From an uncultured Gemmatimonadales bacterium (GTDB lineage Bacteria; Gemmatimonadota; Gemmatimonadetes; Longimicrobiales; RSA9): 64,000 bases of DNA. The DNA lies in assembly GCA_963708135.1 (NCBI GenBank), contig OY970192.1, positions 3,104,001 to 3,168,000 of the forward strand, given 5' to 3'. Positions 1 to 8,252 of this stretch are shown piece by piece. The first letter of the stretch is position 1. Each line of letters starts with the position of its first letter. Under the pieces are notes generated by a model that saw only the letters and a list, made by a program, of their open reading frames with translations, was not told the DNA's origin and searched no databases. The position numbers were made by a program, and so were the translations under genes.

Positions 1-1233
1 CGGGAGGGGCGGATCGCGGCGGTGGGGCCGCAGGCGACGACGCCCGTGCCGGCGGGCGCCGCGGTCCTCGACCTCTCCGGGCGCAGCGTGATGCCGGGGC
101 TCGTCATGCTGCACGAGCACCTGTTCTATCCGACGGGGCCGGGCGTCTACGGCAACGAGGCCATGAGCTTCACGCGGCTGTACCTGGCGGGCGGCGTCAC
201 GTCGATGCGGACGACCGGCAACATGAACGGCTACGGCGACATCGGGGTGAAGCAGGCCATTGACGAGGGCAAGCTGCCGGGCCCGTGGATCGATGCGACG
301 GGGCCGTACCTGGAGGGACCGGGGCTGGGGCTGCCGCAGGTGCACGCGCTGAAGGACGCGGCGGACGCGCGTCGCATGGTGGACTTCTGGGCGGACGCGG
401 GCGCGACGTCGTTCAAGGCGTACATGCACGTCACGCGGGCCGAGCTCGGGGCGGCCATCAAGGAGGCGCACAGCCGCGGGCTGAAGGTCACGGGCCACCT
501 CTGCTCCGTGACCTACCGGGAGGCGGCGGCGCTCGGCATCGACGACCTCGAGCACGGCTTCTTCGTCGCGACGGACTTCGTGCCGGACAAGAAGCCGGAC
601 GTCTGCCCGGGGCAGGCGGAGGGGATGAAGGCGCTCGCCGCCACGGATCCGGATGGCGACGCCGCGCGCTCGCTGATCCGCGACCTCGTCCAGCACCACG
701 TGGCCGTCACGTCCACGCTCACGGTGTTCGAGACCTTCACGCCCGGCCGTCCCGAGCCGCCGGGGCTGGAGGTGCTCGATCCGATCCTGCGCGAGCGCTT
801 CGAGCAGGGGCGGGCGCGCGTGAACGCGCAGGAGACTTCGATCTACCCGAAGCTGCTGAAGCAGGACATGGCCATGGAGCACGCGTTCGCGAAGGCGGGC
901 GGGCTCCTCGTCGCCGGGACGGACCCGACGGGCTTCGGCGGCGTGATCCCGGGCTTCTCCGACCAGCGCGAGCTGGAGCTGCTGGTCGAGGCCGGCTTCA
1001 CGCCGCTCGAGGCGATCCGCATCTGCACGCTCAACGGCGCCACCTACCTCGGACGCGCGGACCGCGCGGGCTCGATCGCGGCGGGGAAGCAGGCGGACCT
1101 GGTGGTCGTGCGCGGCGATCCGGCCACGAACATCTCGGACGTGCGCAACGTCGAGATCGTGTTCAGGCAGGGCGTGGGCTACGATCCTCACAAGCTGATC
1201 GATTCGGTGAAGGGGCAGGTGGGGCTGTACTGA
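1..1233 (+). CDS. Metal-dependent amidohydrolase family protein (5' end outside the window)
   Basis: The frame is open from base 1 (REGRIAAVG...). It has the LDLSGRSVMPGLVMLHEH (HxH) motif, the GTD motif and the C-terminal GSIAAGKQADLVVVRGDP typical of amidohydrolases. Confidence 0.88.
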   Translation, partial: REGRIAAVGPQATTPVPAGAAVLDLSGRSVMPGLVMLHEHLFYPTGPGVYGNEAMSFTRLYLAGGVTSMRTTGNMNGYGDIGVKQAIDEGKLPGPWIDATGPYLEGPGLGLPQVHALKDAADARRMVDFWADAGATSFKAYMHVTRAELGAAIKEAHSRGLKVTGHLCSVTYREAAALGIDDLEHGFFVATDFVPDKKPDVCPGQAEGMKALAATDPDGDAARSLIRDLVQHHVAVTSTLTVFETFTPGRPEPPGLEVLDPILRERFEQGRARVNAQETSIYPKLLKQDMAMEHAFAKAGGLLVAGTDPTGFGGVIPGFSDQRELELLVEAGFTPLEAIRICTLNGATYLGRADRAGSIAAGKQADLVVVRGDPATNISDVRNVEIVFRQGVGYDPHKLIDSVKGQVGLY

Positions 1234-1234
1234 C

Positions 1235-1300
1235 GCAAACGCAAGCGCAAGGGCAAGGGCAAGGGCAAGCGCGAGGGCAAGGGCAAGCGCAAGCGCAAAC
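1235..1300. repeat. Degenerate hexamer microsatellite (GCAAGG/GCAAGC)n
   Basis: gcaagcgcaagggcaagggcaagggcaagcgcgagggcaagggcaagcgcaagcgcaa lies directly after the amidohydrolase stop codon. Confidence 0.8.
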
Positions 1301-1314
1301 CGAGGGGAAGGCGA

Positions 1315-2121
1315 ATGACGACAGTCTTCTGGCCTGAATTCGGTGTCCTGTTTGCTGCAACGCTCCTCGGCGGCGCGGCGGTGCTGCCCTACGTCATGAA
1401 GCTTCTGGGGAAGCCTGGACAGGAGAAGCGGCCCAGGCTCTCGGTTCCAACGCTCGTGCTGCTGTCGTTCCTCCAGACCGCCGTGCTCTCTGCGGTCGCC
1501 GTCGGAGTCGGACTGCTCGCTGCGCATGCGATCGGACTCGGCGCTCCGTATCTCGAGGCGGGCCTCGCTGGGGCGAGTGTGCAGGGGATCGCGAACATGG
1601 CGACGGTCGCCGGCCTTACAGGCACGCTCGCCGGAGTCGTCCTCCTGGGCGCCGACCTGCTCTTCCTGCCCTACTGGCCGCAAGCGCTTCTCGAGGCAAC
1701 GCGCCGCGCCACGGTGCGTGACAACTTCCTCGCTTCGTTCTATGGCGGGATCAACGAAGAGATCCTGATGCGTCTCTTCGGGCTCTCGGGCCTCGCGTGG
1801 CTCCTGGCTTTCGTCTGGCATGGTCCGGCGGGCGCTCCGACGACTGCCGGCTTGTGGCTCGTGAACATCGTCATGGCGATCGTGTTCGGCATCGGACACT
1901 TGCCGGCGTTGAAGAACATTCTCGGCAAGATCCCGCCCCTGATGGTGACGCGGACTCTGCTTCTCAATGCTCCAGTTGGACTCCTGTGCGGTTGGCTGTT
2001 CTGGACCTATGGGCTCGAAGCGGCGATGATCGCGCATTTTTCAGCGGACATTGTATATCACGTCTTCGGGACCGTACTGCTCGACCGCCGCCCGTTGCCG
2101 TCGCCGGCCGGGCAAGGCTAG
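1315..2121 (+). CDS. CPBP family intramembrane glutamic endopeptidase (CAAX protease/Abi-like)
   Basis: Multi-pass membrane protein with the EExxxR motif (GGINEEILMR), FxxxH (FGIGH) and a C-terminal H (AMIAHFSAD). Confidence 0.85.
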   Translation: MTTVFWPEFGVLFAATLLGGAAVLPYVMKLLGKPGQEKRPRLSVPTLVLLSFLQTAVLSAVAVGVGLLAAHAIGLGAPYLEAGLAGASVQGIANMATVAGLTGTLAGVVLLGADLLFLPYWPQALLEATRRATVRDNFLASFYGGINEEILMRLFGLSGLAWLLAFVWHGPAGAPTTAGLWLVNIVMAIVFGIGHLPALKNILGKIPPLMVTRTLLLNAPVGLLCGWLFWTYGLEAAMIAHFSADIVYHVFGTVLLDRRPLPSPAGQG

Positions 2122-2283
2122 AGTGCAGGGCCCGCCGCCGCGCGGGGTCGGCGGACTGGGCGGCCTCACCGTCGCCTGCTGGGTCCATGTCGTCGGTTAC
2201 GGTCTCGGTGCGGGGCCGGCTTGCGCCGCGTCGGCCGACGCCGAGATTGACAGACCCACATCCACCTCCCCGGAGTCCCGCAG

Positions 2284-3939
2284 ATGGAACCCAGCAACCC
2301 GACGACGCGGTGGCCCAGCGCCGCGCTCGGCCTCGCGGCCACGCTCGCGGTCTTCCTCGCCGGGTGCGGCCACGAGGCGCCGTCCGCCGGGTCGCTCGAG
2401 ACCGCCACGCCGATCAAGCATCTCGTGGTGATCTACGGCGAGAACATCTCCTTCGACCACTACTTCGGCACCTACCCGAAGGCGACGAACCCGCCTGGCG
2501 AGCCGGCGTTCACGGCGCTGCCCGGTACGCCGCGCGTGAACGGGCTCACGGATTCGCTGCTCACGCACAACCCGAACGCGATGAATCCCGCCAACGGAAC
2601 GGCGGCCACCGGCCCGTTCCGCATCGACCGCTCGCAGGCGGCCACCTCCGACCAGTCGCACGACTACACGCTCGAGCAGATGGCCTACGACGCCGGCCGG
2701 GCCGACCTGTTCCCGGACTACACGGGGCGCGGCATGGCGGGCGGCACGGGCGCGTTCTCGACGCCGGGGATGGTGATGGGCTACTTCGACGGCAACACGG
2801 TCACGGCGCTCTGGGGCTACGCGCAGCATTTCGCGATGAGCGACAACGCGTACGGCGACCAGTACGGCCCCTCGACGCCGGGCGCGCTGAACCTCATCGC
2901 GGGACAGACGAACGGGGTCGAGGTGGTCCAGGGCAGCGGGACCTGGTACTTCGTGCCGGACGGGCAGGGCGGAAAGACGATGACCGGCGACGTCGATCCT
3001 GCCGGCGACATCTGCTCCGACACCGCCAACACGGTCCGTATGGCCGGGCGCAACATCGGCGACCTGCTCTCGGCCGCGCACGTGAGCTGGGGATGGTTCG
3101 AGGGTGGCTTCGACACCACGATCGCGGGCAACGGCGACGGCAACGGCTGCCGCCGCCGAACGTTCTCCGCGGTGGTCAATGCGGCGCCGCCGGACTACAT
3201 CCCGCACCACCAGCCGTTCCAGTACTACGGCTCCACCGCCAACCCGACGCACGCGCGGCCCACGTCCGTGGCCATGATCGGCCACAATGGCGACGCCGCC
3301 AACCACCAGTACGGGCTGCACGATTTCTTCGATGCCGTGAAGGCCGGCAACTTCCCGGCGGTGACCTACCTCAAGGCCTCCGCCTACCAGGACGGCCACG
3401 CCGGCTACTCGGATCCGCTCGACGAGCAGACCTTCCTCGTGCAAACGGTGAACTTCCTGATGCAGCGCCCGGAGTGGAAGAGCACGGCCGTCATCATCCT
3501 CTACGACGACTCGGACGGCTGGTACGACCACCAGATGGCGCCCGTCGGCAACGCCTCCTTCGACCCGAAGGCCGACCGCCTCACGGCGCTGGGCGCGTGC
3601 GGCGAGCGTGGCAGGACGCCGCAGCTCCCCGGCGTCGCCGCGACGGGGCCCGTGAACGGCCGCTGCGGCCCGGGCACGAGGCAGCCGTTCCTGGTCGTGT
3701 CGCCGTGGGCGAAGCGGAACTACGTCGATCACACGCTGCTCACCCAGTCGTCCGTGCTCCGCTTCGTCGAGGACAACTGGCTCCACGGCCAGCGGCTGGG
3801 CGGCGGGTCGTTCGACGCCACCGCCAACCCGATCGACGAGCTGTTCGACTTCAGCGGCGGGGGAAACGCGCCCGCGCTATTCCTGGACGACACGCTCGGC
3901 ACGCCCGTGGCCACGCCGTCCGGGAAGCTGCCGCAGTGA
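2284..3939 (+). CDS. Phosphoesterase family lipoprotein (phospholipase C / acid phosphatase AcpA-like)
   Basis: Lipobox LAGC. Motifs TPIKHLVVIYGENISFDHYFGTYP, GPSTPG, YDDSDGWYDH and VSPWAKRNYVDH. Confidence 0.9.
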   Translation: MEPSNPTTRWPSAALGLAATLAVFLAGCGHEAPSAGSLETATPIKHLVVIYGENISFDHYFGTYPKATNPPGEPAFTALPGTPRVNGLTDSLLTHNPNAMNPANGTAATGPFRIDRSQAATSDQSHDYTLEQMAYDAGRADLFPDYTGRGMAGGTGAFSTPGMVMGYFDGNTVTALWGYAQHFAMSDNAYGDQYGPSTPGALNLIAGQTNGVEVVQGSGTWYFVPDGQGGKTMTGDVDPAGDICSDTANTVRMAGRNIGDLLSAAHVSWGWFEGGFDTTIAGNGDGNGCRRRTFSAVVNAAPPDYIPHHQPFQYYGSTANPTHARPTSVAMIGHNGDAANHQYGLHDFFDAVKAGNFPAVTYLKASAYQDGHAGYSDPLDEQTFLVQTVNFLMQRPEWKSTAVIILYDDSDGWYDHQMAPVGNASFDPKADRLTALGACGERGRTPQLPGVAATGPVNGRCGPGTRQPFLVVSPWAKRNYVDHTLLTQSSVLRFVEDNWLHGQRLGGGSFDATANPIDELFDFSGGGNAPALFLDDTLGTPVATPSGKLPQ

Positions 3940-3954
3940 TGTGAGGGGGGTAGT

Positions 3955-4002
3955 GGTTTTGGTTTTGGTTTTGGTTTTGGTTTTGGTTTTGGTTTTGGTT
4001 TT
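3955..4002. repeat. Perfect (GGTTTT)8 microsatellite
   Basis: Eight exact GGTTTT units between the phosphoesterase stop and the peroxidase gene, which is unusually AT-rich for this genome. Confidence 0.95.
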
Positions 4003-4062
4003 GGGGAATGGATTTTCCTGCCGGCGACGAGGCGGCCGGGGGGGGGCCTGGTTGCCATAATC

Positions 4063-5376
4063 GTGCTCTTCGGTTGCACGCGCGGGCACGCGGCGGAGGC
4101 GAGGATCGGATTGAACCCCCACCCGGGCCGCCTCATCCGCCCGGCCATCCGGCCGCTCTCGCCCATGGCCACACTCGGCCGCGCGCTCTTTTCCGATCCC
4201 CGGCTCTCGCGCTCCGGCGCGCTCTCCTGCGCCTCCTGCCACAGCCCCGATCACGCCTACGGACCGCCCGACGGTCGCGCGGTGCAGGCAGGAGGACCGG
4301 CTCTCCGCCGGCAGGGCGCCCGCGCCGTGCCCAGCCTGCGCTACCTCGACCGGGTGCCGGCCTTCTCGATCGGGCCGGAAGCGGCGGACGCGGAGGGGAT
4401 GAGCGCGCCCGCGGCCGGCGCGGGAGGGTTCTTCGCCGCACCGACGCGAGGAGCCAGCGCCGGTGGCACCAGGGGCGGCCCCGCAGCGAGACCCAGGAAG
4501 ACCGCCGGTTCCCCGCCCGCCGCCCCTCCGGCGATTCCCCGCGGCGGCCTCTTCTGGGACGGCCGCGCGGGCACGCTGCAGGCGCAGACGCTCGGGCCGC
4601 TGTTCAGCCCGGTCGAGATGGCGAACGCCGACACGGCCGCGCTCGCGGCGCGGCTCCGCGCGCTCTACGGTCAGGCGCTCGCCCGACTGGTCGGCGGACA
4701 GACCCTCGCGAGCCCGCGGCGGCTCCTGGACGAAGCGATGTTCGCGGTGGCGCGCTTCGAGCTGGAGGACGCGGCGTTCCACCCGTACTCGAGCAAGTAC
4801 GACACGTACCTGGAGGGGAAGGCCCGCCTCACGCCCGCGGAGGCGCGCGGGCTCGCGCTGTTCGAGGACCCGCGGAAGGGCAACTGCGCGGCCTGCCATA
4901 CCTCACGGTCCGGTCCGGATGGCCGGCCGCCGACCTTCAGCGACTACGAGTACGAGGCGCTCGGCGTGCCGCGGAACGATTCGCTGCCGGCCAACCGCGA
5001 CGCGGGCCACTTCGACCTCGGCCTGTGCGGCCCGTTCCGGACCGACCTCGCGCACGAGACGCGCTACTGCGGCATGTTCCGCACACCGTCGCTGCGCAAC
5101 GTGGCCACGCGGCGGGTGTTCTTCCACAATGGCGTCTACCACACCCTCGAGCGGGTGCTCGAGTTCTACGCCTTCCGGGAAGGCGACCCGGGGCGGATCT
5201 ACCCCCGCGGCGCCGATGGCCGCGTCGCGCGCTACGACGATCTGCCGCCCCGCTACCGCGGCAACGTGGACACGCTCGATGGGCCGTTCGACCGCCCGGC
5301 GGGGGACGGCCCGGCCCTGTCTCCGGGCGAGATCCGGGACATCATCGCGTTTCTCGGGGCGCTGACGGACCGGTAG
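4063..5376 (+). CDS. Diheme cytochrome c peroxidase / MauG superfamily protein (BthA-like); true start probably slightly upstream
   Basis: Two CxxCH motifs (CASCH, CAACH), LGRALFSDPRLS, LFWDGRA and FRTPSLRNVATRRVFFHNG. The in-frame upstream sequence GLVAIIVLFGC looks like a lipoprotein signal. Confidence 0.88.
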   Translation: MLFGCTRGHAAEARIGLNPHPGRLIRPAIRPLSPMATLGRALFSDPRLSRSGALSCASCHSPDHAYGPPDGRAVQAGGPALRRQGARAVPSLRYLDRVPAFSIGPEAADAEGMSAPAAGAGGFFAAPTRGASAGGTRGGPAARPRKTAGSPPAAPPAIPRGGLFWDGRAGTLQAQTLGPLFSPVEMANADTAALAARLRALYGQALARLVGGQTLASPRRLLDEAMFAVARFELEDAAFHPYSSKYDTYLEGKARLTPAEARGLALFEDPRKGNCAACHTSRSGPDGRPPTFSDYEYEALGVPRNDSLPANRDAGHFDLGLCGPFRTDLAHETRYCGMFRTPSLRNVATRRVFFHNGVYHTLERVLEFYAFREGDPGRIYPRGADGRVARYDDLPPRYRGNVDTLDGPFDRPAGDGPALSPGEIRDIIAFLGALTDR

Positions 5377-5413
5377 CCGCCGGGCGCGCGCAGGGGGACG
5401 GGCGCGCCGACGG

Positions 5414-5895
5414 GCCAGACCGTCGGACGTGGCCGGGAAGGTTCGGCGATCCTGTGCGCCCGGCGCACACAAGAGCCAAACCGTCGGACGTGGCCGGAAG
5501 CTTCGGCGATCCTGTGCGCCCGGCGCACACAAGAGCCAGACCGTCGGACCGGGACCGGAGCCCTCGGCGATTAGTTGCGCCGGGCGGACACAAGAGCCAG
5601 ACCGTCGGACCGGGACCGGAGCCCTCGGCGTTTGCGTGCGCCCGGCGCACACAAGAGCCAGACCGTCGGACGTGGCCGGGAAGGTCCGGCGATTATGTGC
5701 GCCTGGCTCACACAAGAGCCAGACCGGCGGACGTGGCCGGGACGATTCGGCGATCCTGTGCGCCCGGCGCACACAAGAGCCAGACCGTCGGACGTTGGCC
5801 GGGAAGATTCGGCGATCCTGTGCGCCCGGCGCACACAAGAGCCAAACCGTCGGACGTGGCCGGGAAGATTCGGCGATCCTGTGCGCCCCGGCTCA
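5414..5895. repeat. Tandem array of about 8 units of 60-62 bp with an internal palindrome
   Basis: Unit approximately GCCAGACCGTCGGACGTGGCCGGGAAGATTCGGCGATCCTGTGCGCCCGGCGCACACAAGA, with hairpin TGTGCGC-CCG-GCGCACA. It lies between convergent genes. Confidence 0.92.
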
Positions 5896-6257
5896 CTCGA
5901 GAGAGATCTCGAGCCCGTACAGGGGCAGCGGCGGGCGGGCCCGGGGCAGCGGCGGGCGGGACGCGGGGGCCACGTGCTGCGGCGGGAGCGGCCCGTCCGG
6001 GCGGGGCGGCCGCGGTTCGCGTCCGCGCCGCTCGGTGTGCGACCTGCGGGCGTCCGCCGCGGCCCGACGGCAAGACCGGAGTTCGTGCCGTTATTCGCCC
6101 TCCTGTCCGCTCCCGTTCCTCCGCGCGCCCCCTGCGAACGGCGTTGCAGGCCCTCAGCGCCCTCTACCGCCGGGGGCCCGCGGCCCGCAACGCTCGCGGA
6201 GCTCGGGGAGCTGGTGCTCGCCCTCACCCGGGCGCGCGCACGCCGCGCGGGCGAGAC

Positions 6258-6341
6258 ACCCTCCCCACGCGGCCAAGCAGGCACCCTCCCCACGCGGCCA
6301 AGCAGGCACGCTCCCCACGCGGCCGAGCAGGCACCGTCCCC
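6258..6341. repeat. Tandem repeat of about 3.3 units of 25 bp
   Basis: CACCCTCCCCACGCGGCCAAGCAGG repeated three times with small variations. Confidence 0.8.
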
Positions 6342-6383
6342 ACCCGGTACGTCTTCGTTCGTGCCCGCCCGCGGGGCCGATGG

Positions 6384-7973
6384 TCAGACCACCACCTCCG
6401 GCTCCATCCCCGCGGGCAGCCCCGCCTCCTCTCGCTCGACCAGGTAGTCCTCCGGCGCCGTCTCGTCGGCGCCGCGCTCCGCCCCGAGGAGGTCCAGCAG
6501 CAGCGTGGCGGCCAGCACGACCGCGATGTTCAGGATCACCGAGTAGAACGCCGCGTAGCCGGGGATGGTCACGGCGCCGATGTGCAGCGGGTAGATCGAG
6601 CTCTGGAATCCCTGCGCGGCGGCCATGGCGGTGCCGGTCACGATGCCGACCAGCCAGCCGGCGGTGAGCGCCCGGGCGTGGAACCAGCGTGTGAAGAGGC
6701 CGCCGACGAGCGCGGGCAGGGTCTGGATGATCCACACGCCGCCGAGCAGCTGGAGCTGGATGGCGTACTTCGTGGGCAGGACGATGATGAAGGCGAGCGC
6801 GCCCAGCTTCAGCACGAGCGAGATGTTCTTGGCGGCGCGGGCCTCCGCGGCGCCGTCCAGCGAGCGGTTGAACCAGTCGCGGTAGATGTTGCGCGTGAAG
6901 AGGTTCGCGGAGGCGATGGACATGATGGCGGCTGGCACCAGCGCGCCGATGGCGACGGCGGCGAACGCCACGCCCACGAACCAGCTCGGGAACTGGTCGA
7001 GGAAGAGCGCCGGCACGGCGAAGTTCGGGCCGTAGCGCTCGAAGTACGGTGCGTAGGCCGGGTTCGCATCGACGTGCGCGGCGAAGGCCATGTAGCCGAG
7101 CAGCGCAATCAGCGCGAGCACCACCGAGTAGGCGGGCAGGAGCGACATGTTGCGCTTGATCACGCGCCGGCTGCTGGCGCTGAGCACGCCCGTCACCGCG
7201 TGCGGGTAGAGGAACAGGGCGAGCGCGGAGCCGAGGGCGAGCGTGGTGTAGGCGCTGAAGCTGCCCAGGCTGCCGGCCGCGGGCGGCGCGAGCAGCAGCT
7301 TGTCGCGCGGGATGGCGTCGAAGATGGCGCCGTAGCCGCCCAGGTGCGCGGGGATCACGATCACGGCGGCGATCACGGTGATGTAGATGAGCACGTCCTT
7401 GACGAGCGCGATGAGCGCGGGCGCGCGCAGCCCCGAGCTGTACGTGTACGCCGCGAGGATCGCGAAGGCGATGATCAGCGGGGCGTCGCCGGCGAGGCCC
7501 GTGGCGTGGAAGCCGAGGCCGGCGATGACGACCTCGATGCCGACGAGCTGGAGCGCGATGTAGGGCAGCGTCGCCACCATGCCCGTGATCGCGACGGCCA
7601 GCGCGAGCGTGGGGCTGCCGAAGCGGCCGGTTACGAAGTCGGAGGCGGTGATGTAGCCGTGGCGGTGCGAGACGGACCACAGGCGGGGGAAGACCAGGAA
7701 CACGAACGGGTAGACGAGCAGCGTGTACGGCACCGCGAAGAAGCCGATCGCGCCCGCGCCGAAGACGAGCGCCGGCACGGCGATCAGCGTGTAGGCTGTG
7801 TAGAGGTCGCCGCCGAGCAGGAACCAGGTCACGACCGTGCCGAAGCGGCGCCCCGCGAGCCCCCACTCGTCCAGCCGGTTCAGGTCGCCGCGGCGCCACC
7901 GGGCGGCCACGAAGCCGAGCACGGTGACGAGCGCGAAGAGCAGGACGAAGACCGTCGTCGCCATCCAGTTCAT
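6384..7973 (-). CDS. mctP: Sodium:solute symporter, MctP-like monocarboxylate permease
   Basis: Many TM helices and the motif LDEWGLAGRRFGTVVTWFLLGGDLYTAYT typical of the MctP/YodF group. Adjacent to a small DUF3311-type partner. Confidence 0.85.
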   Translation of the reverse strand: MNWMATTVFVLLFALVTVLGFVAARWRRGDLNRLDEWGLAGRRFGTVVTWFLLGGDLYTAYTLIAVPALVFGAGAIGFFAVPYTLLVYPFVFLVFPRLWSVSHRHGYITASDFVTGRFGSPTLALAVAITGMVATLPYIALQLVGIEVVIAGLGFHATGLAGDAPLIIAFAILAAYTYSSGLRAPALIALVKDVLIYITVIAAVIVIPAHLGGYGAIFDAIPRDKLLLAPPAAGSLGSFSAYTTLALGSALALFLYPHAVTGVLSASSRRVIKRNMSLLPAYSVVLALIALLGYMAFAAHVDANPAYAPYFERYGPNFAVPALFLDQFPSWFVGVAFAAVAIGALVPAAIMSIASANLFTRNIYRDWFNRSLDGAAEARAAKNISLVLKLGALAFIIVLPTKYAIQLQLLGGVWIIQTLPALVGGLFTRWFHARALTAGWLVGIVTGTAMAAAQGFQSSIYPLHIGAVTIPGYAAFYSVILNIAVVLAATLLLDLLGAERGADETAPEDYLVEREEAGLPAGMEPEVVV

Positions 7974-7982
7974 GGCGGCCCC

Positions 7983-8192
7983 CTACACGCCCAGCCGGAA
8001 GGCGACGGCGGTCGCCAGCGCGGCCACCGCGATCCACACCACCTGGAACCAGTAGAAGAACGGCACGCCGCCGATGCTCGGCTCGATGCGGTCGTAGAGC
8101 GGCACCCAGAGGGCGACCGCCGCGGTGGCCAGGAATGAGGCGTAGACCAGCCAGCGCTGCCAGCGGGCGGGCGTTCGGGACGGGGATGGCAT
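7983..8192 (-). CDS. DUF3311 small membrane protein (symporter partner)
   Basis: 69 aa with two TM segments, LWVPLYDRIEPSIGGVPFFYWFQ, immediately upstream of the SSS gene. Confidence 0.82.
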   Translation of the reverse strand: MPSPSRTPARWQRWLVYASFLATAAVALWVPLYDRIEPSIGGVPFFYWFQVVWIAVAALATAVAFRLGV

Positions 8193-8252
8193 GGCGGCTC
8201 CGGGGTTCGGGACTCGGGCTCGGGACCCGGGTTCAGGATGCGGGGGCGGCTC

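Noticed and set aside
3941..4060. Short hydrophobic peptide (VRGVVVLVLVL...) read through the GGTTTT repeat
   Set aside because: The hydrophobicity is a by-product of the microsatellite, and there is no independent support for translation.
5414..5895. CRISPR array interpretation of the ~61-bp repeats
   Set aside because: The would-be spacers are near-copies of each other, and there are no cas genes in the window.
4008..8138. 1376-aa ORF
   Set aside because: Shadow frame overlapping the peroxidase, the repeat array and the antisense of the symporter, with no recognisable domain.
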